Assembly (NCBI GenBank): GCA_965262915.1
Contig: OZ253564.1
Location: forward strand, 4,704,001 to 4,768,000
Source of the DNA: Candidatus Spongiisociaceae bacterium
GTDB taxonomy: Bacteria; Actinomycetota; Acidimicrobiia; Spongiisociales; Spongiisociaceae
Reading direction: 5' to 3'
DNA: 64,000 nt
The translations under genes were made by a program, and so were the position numbers. Shown piece by piece: positions 10,094 through 19,544 of the stretch (positions are counted from its first letter, which is position 1; each line of letters begins with the position of its first letter). Below the pieces are notes generated by a model. It made no database searches. It saw only the letters and a program-made list of their open reading frames with translations, and was not told where the DNA came from.

Positions 10094-11198
10094 GCCCCGG
10101 ACCGCCCGCAGCGAGGCGGTAGGACCGAAGATCGGCGCCATGGTCTCTCACCCCGTCCTCTTCTCGCTGGTCTTCGCATTCGCTTTGGGCTGGGTGATCG
10201 TCTACCTGACGGGCAGCGACCCCGGATTTGCCTACCGGGAGATGTTCGATGGAGCGGTGACGGGCTCCGGGCTCCGCAATACGTTGGGGAGGGCGGTGCC
10301 GATCATCGGAATGGCCCTGGCGGTGTCCGTGGCCTTCCGCGCCGGGGTCATCAATCTGGGTGGAGAGGGCCAGATGGTGGTGGGGGGGCTGGCGGGCAGC
10401 CTGGTGGCAATCTACACACCGGGCCCCGGGGAACTGGTCATACCCTTGGCGATGGTGGCGGGGGGGCTGGCAGGGGCGGCTTGGGCGCTGCTGCCCGCCT
10501 TCGGGCAAACCCGGATCCGCCTCCCGATCCTGATAACGAGTTTGCTGCTCAACTACGTGGCCAGAGCCTTCACAGGGTACCTCGTGAGGTTTCGTTTCCT
10601 CGACCAGTCCGTTACGTTGACCTCCACCCGCCAGGTGCCCGAGACCGCCCGGATCCCGAAGATGCCCGTGTTCGGAGGGGTGAGCGTCTCCCTGGTGCTG
10701 GTGGTGATTCTCGTCCTGGTCGCATGGGTGGTCTACAGACGCACGGTGGCGGGCTACGAGACGCAGATGGCCGGCCTCAACGGACGTTTCGCCCGCTATG
10801 GAGGGATCCAGGTGGAGCGCCAGACGGTGGGGGTGATGATCGTGGCAGGCGCCATCGGAGGGGTGATAGGGACCCATCTGATCATCGGTGATGCGTACCG
10901 ATTCATCGACGGGGAACTGGTGCTGAGCGGGTTGGCGTGGACCGGACTGTTGGTGGCGCTGCTGGCGGCCAACCACCCTGGCCTGATCCTGGTAGCCGGG
11001 CTCCTCTTCTCGGGTCTCCAGATCGGGGGATTGGCGATGCAACGCAACGCCGACGTGTCCTGGCGCCTATCCCAGGTACTGCAAGCGCTGGTCATCGTCG
11101 CGGTTGCCAGCCGGCTGACCTTCGGCTGGTTCAAACGACGCACGGGACGCGCTCCGGCCGGTAGCGACCTCGAATCGGCCGCGGTGGGAGAGGTGTGA
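10086..11198 (+). CDS. ABC transporter permease
   Basis: Hydrophobic; FRAGVINLGGEGQ (BPD_transp_2 type); overlaps the ATPase stop. Confidence 0.9.
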   Translation: MLEPRTARSEAVGPKIGAMVSHPVLFSLVFAFALGWVIVYLTGSDPGFAYREMFDGAVTGSGLRNTLGRAVPIIGMALAVSVAFRAGVINLGGEGQMVVGGLAGSLVAIYTPGPGELVIPLAMVAGGLAGAAWALLPAFGQTRIRLPILITSLLLNYVARAFTGYLVRFRFLDQSVTLTSTRQVPETARIPKMPVFGGVSVSLVLVVILVLVAWVVYRRTVAGYETQMAGLNGRFARYGGIQVERQTVGVMIVAGAIGGVIGTHLIIGDAYRFIDGELVLSGLAWTGLLVALLAANHPGLILVAGLLFSGLQIGGLAMQRNADVSWRLSQVLQALVIVAVASRLTFGWFKRRTGRAPAGSDLESAAVGEV

Positions 11199-12118
11199 TG
11201 TTCGACCAGCTCTTCGACGCGGCGCTCCTCGACTCGGTCATCCGGGCAATGATCCCCATCCTGCTGGCGGCCCTGGGCGGGATGATCTGCGAGAGGGCGG
11301 GGGTCTTCCAGATCGCCATGGAGGGAATGATGCTGGCCGGCGCCTTCGGGGCGGTAACCGGATCCTACCTGGCCGTGTCCAGCGGGCTGGGCGTGGTGTT
11401 CGCGGTAGCCGCCGGGGTGCTCGTATCGCTGATGCTTGCCTTCGGGACCGTCAGCCGGCGCGGTGATCCGATAGTGCTCGGGATCGCGCTCAACCTCATG
11501 GCCCTGGGACTCACCGGATTCCTTCTCCCACAGATCTTCGACGTTAGGGGCGTGTTCCGGCACGAACGGATCGACGGGCTGGATCGCCTACCGATCCCGC
11601 TCCTCTCCGACATCCCCTGGATAGGACCGGTGCTGTTCAACCAGACGATCCTCGCCTACCTCGCCTTCCTACTGGTACCCGGAATCTGGATCGCCCTGTT
11701 CCGCACACCTATTGGTCTGCGCCTGAGAGGGGTCGGAGAGCGACCGCTGGCGGCCGAGTCGCTGGGAGTCAGCCCCACCGCCTACAAATACGGCGCGGTG
11801 ATCGCGTCCGGTATCCTTTCCGGCTTGGCCGGAGCCCAACTCGCACTCGGCAACGTGGTGCAGTTCGCCGAGAACATGTCGAGCGGGCGCGGATGGGTAG
11901 CGGTGGTGGCAGTGATGCTGGGACGCGCCCATCCCTTCGCAGTCTTCGGTGCCAGCCTCCTGTTCGCGTTCGCTGAGGGACTCGGCTTCCGCCTCCAGGG
12001 CAACGGCCTACCGGTCCAGATAACCGATGCCCTCCCCTTCGTAGTGACCCTGATCGCGTTGATCGCCGCCCGCAAGCGTTTCGCCCGCCTTCTGGATCTC
12101 ACCAGCGCCGCCGGCTGA
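11195..12118 (+). CDS. ABC transporter permease
   Basis: ERAGVFQIAMEG, GLRLRGVGE, ENMSSGRGWVAV. Confidence 0.9.
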   Translation: MMFDQLFDAALLDSVIRAMIPILLAALGGMICERAGVFQIAMEGMMLAGAFGAVTGSYLAVSSGLGVVFAVAAGVLVSLMLAFGTVSRRGDPIVLGIALNLMALGLTGFLLPQIFDVRGVFRHERIDGLDRLPIPLLSDIPWIGPVLFNQTILAYLAFLLVPGIWIALFRTPIGLRLRGVGERPLAAESLGVSPTAYKYGAVIASGILSGLAGAQLALGNVVQFAENMSSGRGWVAVVAVMLGRAHPFAVFGASLLFAFAEGLGFRLQGNGLPVQITDALPFVVTLIALIAARKRFARLLDLTSAAG

Positions 12119-12172
12119 CGAGCCGGCCTCTCGAAGCCGGCAATGGGTGACCGATCGGGGTCGGCAGGCTCA

Positions 12173-12316
12173 GAGGGTGCGCGGATAGGTGCTCACCTGG
12201 GGAAACAGTGACCGGGACGGTTGACGAGTCCACGGCCCTGACCAGGGGTTCTCCGGCGGGGAAACCGGGTTGGGCTACGGATAGGAGCAGTCGCGTCCGC
12301 CTATCCGCGCACCCTC
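12173..12316. mobile_element. 144-bp MITE (IS5-like ends)
   Basis: Perfect 17-bp TIRs GAGGGTGCGCGGATAGG (12173-12189) and CCTATCCGCGCACCCTC (12300-12316), flanked on both sides by TCA. Confidence 0.75.
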
Positions 12317-12519
12317 TCAGTAGATGATGACCAGGGCGTAACGCGGGACCCGATCCAATTCGGCCCTCTTCAGTTCATCAAGCCGATAGGAACAGTTCCC
12401 GGCGGCCCATGACCATGGCAAGCATCTTGCAAAAGGGTTGGCGAGCCTGTCGGCCGTACCGCGTTCGCTCAGCCTCCAGTCGACCGGCGGGGTGAACCGT
12501 AGCCGACCGGTGTGGCCGG

Positions 12520-13437
12520 CTACGGAGGGGTGTCGTGCTCATCCGACACGTTCGAGGAGTCCCAACGGACGAGCTCCAAGAGTCGGGCGGAGCGTGGATC
12601 GAGGTCCGTGTCCCTTCTCCATACCGCTTCGATCACGCGGAGCGCCACCAGCGGCCCTTCCTGGAGGCGGGAACCCGCCTCCCCGCCTTCTGCCACCTGT
12701 CTGGGGAGCACCGTGCGGGCGTAGCCCAGCACCGCCATCTGGCGTAACACCGTCGGGTGCGCGGACTCGAGCGCCACCTCGGGCCGGATGCCGAGCTGCG
12801 CCAGACCGTGGTCGATCAGGAGCCGGGTGCGGGATCCGGGCGGGTACAGCGCCCAGCCCTCAGGCGTCGCTTCGTAACCTTCCGTGCCGCGGGGCGCAAC
12901 GGGTGGATACTCTGGCGGGGAGTAGACGTGCATGCGCTCGACGGTGATCGGCTTCGACTCGTAACGCCTCCCGGCCGGCCCCACCACGAAGGCCAGATCC
13001 AGCTGGTAATCGTCGACCATCGACAGAAGCTCCGCCGATTCGGCCACCACCAACTGCAGGTCGATCTCGGGAAGTTCCTCCTGCAACCGGGACAGCCCGG
13101 AAGGGAGCGTGTACAGACCCACGGTGTCGATCATGCCCACCCGGAGCGAACCGACGTCGCCCTTCTCCCATCTCTCCAACCACCGGAGCAAGTCGGTGGT
13201 CTGGCCGATCACCCGGTCTGCGTAGCCCGCCACCCGCTGCCCGGGCTCGGTCAGCACCCGCCGCCGTCCGTCCTTCCTGAACAGGGCCACCCCCAACCGC
13301 TTGGACAGTTCGGCCAGGGATTGGGAGAGGGCGGGCTGGCTGATACCCAGCTGCCAGGCCGCCTCGGTGAAAGTGCCGCAGCGCTCCACCTCTTGGAGGC
13401 AGCGCAGGCTCCTGAAGTTCAGCGGCGGAATATCCAT
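12520..13437 (-). CDS. LysR-family transcriptional regulator
   Basis: GTFTEAAWQLGISQPALSQSL HTH; divergent from ino1 across an AT-rich spacer. Confidence 0.92.
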   Translation of the reverse strand: MDIPPLNFRSLRCLQEVERCGTFTEAAWQLGISQPALSQSLAELSKRLGVALFRKDGRRRVLTEPGQRVAGYADRVIGQTTDLLRWLERWEKGDVGSLRVGMIDTVGLYTLPSGLSRLQEELPEIDLQLVVAESAELLSMVDDYQLDLAFVVGPAGRRYESKPITVERMHVYSPPEYPPVAPRGTEGYEATPEGWALYPPGSRTRLLIDHGLAQLGIRPEVALESAHPTVLRQMAVLGYARTVLPRQVAEGGEAGSRLQEGPLVALRVIEAVWRRDTDLDPRSARLLELVRWDSSNVSDEHDTPP

Positions 13438-13523
13438 AAGTATTCCTAATCATAATAAGTAGAACTATCTATTTGACTGATGAGAAGTTGAGGTCAGACT
13501 GTGGTGAGTCGAACCCAGAGGAC

Positions 13524-14597
13524 ATGATCATGAAAGAAATAAGAGTGGCGATCGTGGGGGTGGGGAACTGCGCCTCATCCCTCGTGCAGGGCGTCGAGTT
13601 CTACCGGGATGCCCCCGCCGACCAGACGATCCCCGGACTCATGCACCCCGTGCTGGGCGACTACCACGTCGGTGACATCCGCTTCGTGGCCGCCTTCGAC
13701 GTCGACGCCGCCAAGGTCGGCCAGGACCTCTCCAAGGCGATCACTGCGGGACAGAACAACACCATCTCGTTCTGCGATGTACCCCAACTGGATGTGACCG
13801 TACAGCGGGGTCGCACCCTGGACGGGATCGGCACCTACATCGCCGACGTGGTGGAGGAGTCCGCCGCGGCCGAGGTGGACGTGGCCGAGGAACTGCGGAA
13901 GGCCCGAGCCGACGTGGTCATCTCCTACCTGCCGGTCGGGTCGCAGAAGGCTACCGAGTTCTACGTCGAGCAGGCACTGGCGGCGGGGTGTGCCTTCGTG
14001 AACTGCATCCCGGTGTTCATCGCCCGGACCGGGGAATGGGCCGACCGCTTCCGCGAGGCGGGCCTCCCGATCGTGGGCGACGACATCAAGTCGCAGGTGG
14101 GCGCCACGATCCTGCACCGGACCCTCGTGAACCTCTTCCAGGATCGTGGTGTGAAGGTCGACCGCACCTACCAGCTCAACTTCGGGGGTAACACCGACTT
14201 CCTGAACATGCTGGAGCGACGCCGGCTCGTGTCCAAGAAGGAGTCGAAGACCAAGGCGGTGACCAGCCAGCTCGAAACCCGGACCGCGGTGGAGGACGTG
14301 CACATAGGCCCGTCGGATCACGTTCCCTGGCTGACGGACCGCAAATGGGCTCACATCCGCCTGGAAGGAACCGGGTTCGGCGACACCCCCCTCGACGTGG
14401 AGGTGAAGCTGGAGGTGTGGGACAGCCCCAACTCCGCGGGGGTGGTGATCGACGCTCTCCGCTGCGCGAAGCTGGGCCTGGACCGGGGAATATCAGGTCC
14501 GCTCTATGAAGCGAGCGCCTACTTCATGAAGTCCCCGCCCCGGCAGATGCGGGACGAGGCAGCTCGTGAAGCGGTGGAGACTTTCATAGCGGGCTAG
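13524..14597 (+). CDS. ino1: myo-inositol-1-phosphate synthase
   Basis: [50 protein letters not shown]. Start is ATG 13524 or 13530. Confidence 0.95.
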   Translation: MIMKEIRVAIVGVGNCASSLVQGVEFYRDAPADQTIPGLMHPVLGDYHVGDIRFVAAFDVDAAKVGQDLSKAITAGQNNTISFCDVPQLDVTVQRGRTLDGIGTYIADVVEESAAAEVDVAEELRKARADVVISYLPVGSQKATEFYVEQALAAGCAFVNCIPVFIARTGEWADRFREAGLPIVGDDIKSQVGATILHRTLVNLFQDRGVKVDRTYQLNFGGNTDFLNMLERRRLVSKKESKTKAVTSQLETRTAVEDVHIGPSDHVPWLTDRKWAHIRLEGTGFGDTPLDVEVKLEVWDSPNSAGVVIDALRCAKLGLDRGISGPLYEASAYFMKSPPRQMRDEAAREAVETFIAG

Positions 14598-14653
14598 CTC
14601 GGCGACCGCGGGGGTCTCCTCAGCGGCCCGGTTCAGCGCGCGGCGGCGGGACC

Positions 14654-16969
14654 TCACTCATCCAGGGCCGCTAGCTCCGGAGGGTCGAACGCACCATGCA
14701 CAGGGACTTCTCCGTGCCACTTCTCGAGACGGACGAGGCAGGTGTGCGCGGCAGGTCCCTGGGCGAGGCTCGAAGTCCCCAGGTCGGAGGTGAGGATGTT
14801 CGGGTTTCCGTGAAGGCAAGTACCTTCGAGGTCCGGATCCGCCCCGGGTGCGTACCAGGCGCCCGTCGCCAACTGTACGACACCCTGGCGGACTCGATCG
14901 GTAACCGAGGCGCCCGCCAGGCACGCACCTCGCGAGTTCCACACACGCACCACATCACCGGAGACGATCCGGCGCAGGGCCGCGTCAGCTGGATGGATCC
15001 GGATCGCTTCGAGCCCGGAGACCTTGCCGCTCCGGCTCGTGGAGCCATGGTCCCACTGGCTGTGCAACCGGGTGCGCGGCTGGTTCGAGATGAGATGCAG
15101 GGCCGCTTCGTCGTCCGTCCCGCCCAGCCACTCCCTCGGCGCCATCCAGGCCGGACGGGGCGGGCAGTCCTCGTATCCGAATCCGGCAATGGTGTGCGAG
15201 TACAACTCGATCTTGCCGGACGGTGTGGCCAGTGGATGCGCATCGGGATCCTCGCGGAAGTCCTCCAGCAACACCCGCTTGGGTTCTCCCCCGGGATACC
15301 GCCGGTCCAGGAACCCTGCCTGCCAGAACTCCTCGAAGGTCGGGAGGCCCGGTTCGCGTCTGAGCAACTGCTCGTATAGATGCCGCACCCATTGGTCGGC
15401 GGTCCTTCCCTCGGAGAAGCGTTCGCCCTCGCCCAGCCGCTCCGCCAGCTGCCCGAATATCCCGTAATCGTTCCTGGCGCCACCGACCGGCTCGATGGCC
15501 TGCTGCATCGCAAAGACGTGGTTGTCGGTAGGAGCGCCCCCGATGTCGTTGCGTTCGAGCGGGGTGGTGGAGGGGAGGACGACATCGGCATGTTTGGCCG
15601 TCGCCGTCCAGAAGGGTTCGTTGACGACCACCGTGTCGGGGTGCTGCCACGCACGTCGCAGGCGGTTGAGGTCCTGGTGATGATGGAACGGGTTGCCTCC
15701 GGCCCAGTAGACCAGGCGGATGTCGGGATAGACGTAGGTGCCACCGTCATAGGTGAACTCGTCGCCGGGGTGTGCCAGCATGTCGGCTATGCGAGCCACG
15801 GGGATGAACGAGGCGACCGACCACCGGCCCCGGTTGAGGAAGGGAAGCCACGAGTTGCCGGAGCCGTTTCCTACGGAAGCCACCGCTCCGTATCCGATGC
15901 CGAGACCGCCCCCGGGGAGGCCGATCTGCCCGATTGCCGCGGCCAGGGCGATAGCCGCCGTCCAGATCACGTGCTCGCCGTGGTGCGAACGCTGCAACGA
16001 CCAGCTGACGTTGATCATCGACCGCCGCTCGACCATCGATCTGGCCAGGGATCGGATCTCGGCGGGGCGGATCGTGGTGATCGGGGAGGCCCATTCGGCG
16101 TCCTTAGCCACGCCGTCCTCGGCGCCGGTGACGTAGGCCGCCAGCGAATCCCACCCCGTGCAGTACCTGTCGACGAAGGCACGGTCGTAGGAGCCTTCCG
16201 TGATCAGCGTATGCATGAGAGCCAGCATCAGAGCCGTGTCGGTGCCGGGTCGGATCGGCAGCCAGACCGCCCGTAGCGAACCGCCCAGGTCGTCCGCGAT
16301 CGGTGACACATTGACGAAGCGGGTACCGCTCTCCGCCCACCGGCCCAGCCAGCCACGGAGCTCGTGCCGACCGACACCGCCGTGGTCGACCTGGCTGTTC
16401 TTGAGGGGGATCCCGCCGAAGGCAACCACTAGTTCGGTGTTGTCGGCGATCACATCCCAGGACGTGTGGGCGTTCTGGAAGCGCCACCACCCCATACCGA
16501 GTACGTGAGGCAGGATGACCTCGGCTGCGGCAAGACTGTAGGTGTTGACGGACCGCGTGTATCCGCCGATCGAGTTCATGAACCGATGCAGCTGGGTGCG
16601 TGCGTGGTGGAACCGTCCCGCGCTGGCCCAACCGTACGACCCGGCATAGATCGCTTGGTTCCCGTAGACACTTCGCACACGGTCGAGTTCGGCAGCCACC
16701 AGGTCGAGGACCCGGTCCCATCCGACCTAGACGAACCGCTCCCGCCCCCGCAGCTCCGGTGCGGTTCCGGGTCCTCCTTCGAGCCAGCTCTCCCTGACCG
16801 ACGGCATACGAACCCGAGCCCGTCCGACATCGACCATGGAGTACCCGATCGGGGATGGATCGGGATCGTCCCGAAACGGTCGCACCGCCCGGATCGAACC
16901 GCCCGACGATTCCACCTCGTAGGCACCCCAGTGAGTCAGAGTGAGGCTGGACGTCCCCTGATCGTTCAC
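14654..16969 (-). pseudogene. BisC/TorA/DMSO-reductase-family molybdopterin oxidoreductase with one in-frame TAG (16727-16729)
   Basis: ORFs 16727..16969 (THWGAY...RGRERFV) and 14654..16699 are in the same frame, joined as FV*VGWDRVLDLVAAEL. Motifs GSYGWASAGRFH, NTYS, WAGGNPFHHHQD, RLHSQ. Confidence 0.8.
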
Positions 16970-17267
16970 AACGCCGTCCTTCGGTAGGGGGAGACCATCC
17001 TACGGCGCGCGGCTTTCGGACCCTCGAAGACCGGGCCACCGATACGCTTCGGGGAAGCCTCGGGGCCACACGAGTCGAGGAGGCTGGTCAACAACCCCCG
17101 GTTGGCCCGACGGTCAATGACAGAGGGCACGTCAGCGGACCACGAGCCAACCATTTACCCGTTCATGAGCACCGTCGCGGGGGGAGCCGAGCTGTTGCTA
17201 ACGTTGCCCGGCAACCTTCGGTCCGGTCCGGCGAGGGTTGCTGCAAGGGAACCGGGGATTGACGATC

Positions 17268-18065
17268 ATGTCGGCGTTCGACAAGTCCGCTATCGACAAG
17301 GATGCATTTCAATACGCCACCCGGATCAGGCGGGGAGACGTGGGCCGCTACGTACTGCTACCCGGGGATCCGGCTCGGATAGACCGGATCGCGGCCCATC
17401 TCGACAATGTCAACCTGGTGGCGCACAGCCGGGAGTTCCGGACGATCACAGGCTCGTACCGGGATATCCGGATCAGCGCCATGTCCACCGGCGTCGGATG
17501 CCCATCCGCTTCCATCGCGGTCGAGGAACTGGTGAACGCCGGCGCCACCCACTTCATCAGGGTGGGCAGCACAGCCGGCCTCCAGCCCTGTATCAAGACC
17601 GGGGATATCGTCATCAACACCGGCATGGTCCGCAACGACGGAACGTCTCGGGCCTACGTACCGGATACCTACCCGGCCATCGCCGACCACTTCCTGGCCC
17701 ACGCCCTCATCGAAGCTGCCCGGGAGCGCCGGCGGGAAGGCGGCTTCGAGTTGCACATAGGCCTGGGCGCCTGCGACGACGCCTTCTACGCGGAGACACC
17801 CGAGTGGATCGAGCGCCATGCCAGGCTCGGACTGCTGAATATCGAGATGGAAAGCTCCGCCATCTTCACGGTGGCCCAACTCCGTGGAGTCCATGCGGCG
17901 ATGGTGTGTGGCGTGTCCGGGAACCTCGTGGTAGCCGACTTCGACTACGACCGGGGGGAGCACGGCAACGAGCGCCTCGTCGGGGCTTGGGAGGAAGCGA
18001 TCGTGATCGCCCTAGAGGCGATCCTCCGATACGACACGGAGCATTCCGATGCCCCGACGGTGTGA
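17268..18065 (+). CDS. Nucleoside phosphorylase (uridine phosphorylase-like, PNP_UDP_1)
   Basis: VLLPGDPAR, REFRT, STGVGCPSASIAVEEL, IRVGST, IEMESSA. Confidence 0.9.
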   Translation: MSAFDKSAIDKDAFQYATRIRRGDVGRYVLLPGDPARIDRIAAHLDNVNLVAHSREFRTITGSYRDIRISAMSTGVGCPSASIAVEELVNAGATHFIRVGSTAGLQPCIKTGDIVINTGMVRNDGTSRAYVPDTYPAIADHFLAHALIEAARERRREGGFELHIGLGACDDAFYAETPEWIERHARLGLLNIEMESSAIFTVAQLRGVHAAMVCGVSGNLVVADFDYDRGEHGNERLVGAWEEAIVIALEAILRYDTEHSDAPTV

Positions 18066-18067
18066 GG

Positions 18068-18307
18068 GTGAACAAAAGAGCGGCTCCCGCCGACCCGGAC
18101 GGCTTCATTGCGGAGATGCCCAAGGCCGAACTGCACGTGCACCTCGAAGCGACCCTGCAGCCGTCCACAGCTACCACCGATCCGGCGCGGTTCAGCGCCT
18201 CCATGTGCGAGAGCGAACTCCGGTTGGCCCTCCTCCAAGAGTTCGACACCTGGACATGTTCACACGACACCCTGAACCGAGACCCCCGCCCCCACCCCAT
18301 CTCTTGA
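18068..18307 (+). pseudogene. Internally deleted in-frame mini-copy (79 aa) of the adjacent adenosine deaminase
   Basis: IAEMPKAELHVHLE..PSTA is joined to FSA.MCE.ELR..LLQEFDTW..DPRPHPIS*, matching both ends of 18322..19446. Confidence 0.85.
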
Positions 18308-18321
18308 TCCGAACCTGACAG

Positions 18322-19446
18322 ATGCACCACGAGACCTTGGCCACCGACTTGGACGATCTCATCGCGGAGATGCCCAAGGCCGAACTGCACGTGCACCTGG
18401 AAGGAACCCTCCGGCCGTCGACAGCTGTCACGCTGGCCCGGCGCCACGGTCTTGTCGACACGCTACCCACTATTGATCCGGTGAAGCTCGCCGACTGGTT
18501 CGAGTTCAAAGACTTCAAGGACTTCATACGGGTGATAAGGGCCATCCAGAACCTGATCCGTACGGCGGATGACTTCGCCTTGGTCGCTTACCAGGCCGGG
18601 GCCGATATGGCAGAGCAGAACATCCGCTACCGCGAGCTGACGGTCTCTCCGTACAACCACACCCACATCTTCGACAAAGGGCTGTCCATAGGAGACATCC
18701 TCGGTGGTCTGGATCAAGGGCGAGACAGCGCCCGAGCAGACTTCGGCGTGGAGATCCGATGGGTGTTCGACATCTCCCGGAACTTCAGCTTCTCCGGCCC
18801 GGATGGGACCTACGATCCAGAGCCGGCGGAGGTAACCCTGCGCTACGGCCTGGCCGGGCAGGAGCACGGGGTGATCGGGCTGGGCATCGGAGGCGACGAG
18901 GAGGGGCGACCGCCTGAGCCCTTCGCCCATGCCTTCCGGGAGGCGAAACGGGCCGGCCTCAAGAGCCTCCCCCATGCCGGCGAGTCTCTCAGACCGTGGG
19001 GAGCGGACCACGTTCGAGGGTCGATCGACGTGCTGGAGGCGGACCGCATCGGGCATGGCGTAGGGGCAATCCGGGATCCGCACCTCCTCTCGGTCTTGGC
19101 AGACCGGGCCATACCCCTCGAGGTATGCCCCACCAGCAACCTGAGAACCCGCGTCTGCGAACGCACCGCCCTGCATCCGTTCCCGCACCTCGACGGGATG
19201 GGACTGACGCTTACGGTCAACAGCGACGATCCCCCTTTGTTCGGAACCACGCTCAACGACGAGTACCGGCTCCTGGCGACCGAGTTCTGCTACGGAGCGA
19301 CCGACCTGGCTCGGATCGCCCGCAATGCCTTCAGCGCCGCCATGTGCGAGGCGGAACTCCGGTCGTCCCTCCTCCAAGAGTTCGACACCTGGGCCCGTTC
19401 ACAGAACACTCCGAACCCGGACCCCCGGCCCCACCCCATCTCTTGA
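18322..19446 (+). CDS. add: Adenosine/adenine deaminase
   Basis: PKAELHVHLEG, PHAGE, DRIGHG, EVCPTSN, VNSDDP. Confidence 0.93.
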   Translation: MHHETLATDLDDLIAEMPKAELHVHLEGTLRPSTAVTLARRHGLVDTLPTIDPVKLADWFEFKDFKDFIRVIRAIQNLIRTADDFALVAYQAGADMAEQNIRYRELTVSPYNHTHIFDKGLSIGDILGGLDQGRDSARADFGVEIRWVFDISRNFSFSGPDGTYDPEPAEVTLRYGLAGQEHGVIGLGIGGDEEGRPPEPFAHAFREAKRAGLKSLPHAGESLRPWGADHVRGSIDVLEADRIGHGVGAIRDPHLLSVLADRAIPLEVCPTSNLRTRVCERTALHPFPHLDGMGLTLTVNSDDPPLFGTTLNDEYRLLATEFCYGATDLARIARNAFSAAMCEAELRSSLLQEFDTWARSQNTPNPDPRPHPIS

Positions 19447-19544
19447 TCCGAACCGCCGATCAGGCGCGCCTACCCGTACTTGACGGTCTCCCAGAACCCC
19501 GATGCCAGCCGAAGGGCCAGGGTTTACATCCAGGCCCCTGGTCG

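Noticed and set aside
16727-16729. Pyrrolysine recoding of the TAG
   Set aside because: Non-catalytic position, single-base nonsense explanation, no pyl genes in the window
16970-17267. Riboswitch or ncRNA upstream of the nucleoside phosphorylase
   Set aside because: No purine, SAM or Moco aptamer consensus recognisable by eye; an Infernal search is needed
18068-19446. DGR-like template/variable repeat pair (mini-add vs add; also nuoN echo vs nuoN)
   Set aside because: Differences are not adenine-specific and no reverse transcriptase is present
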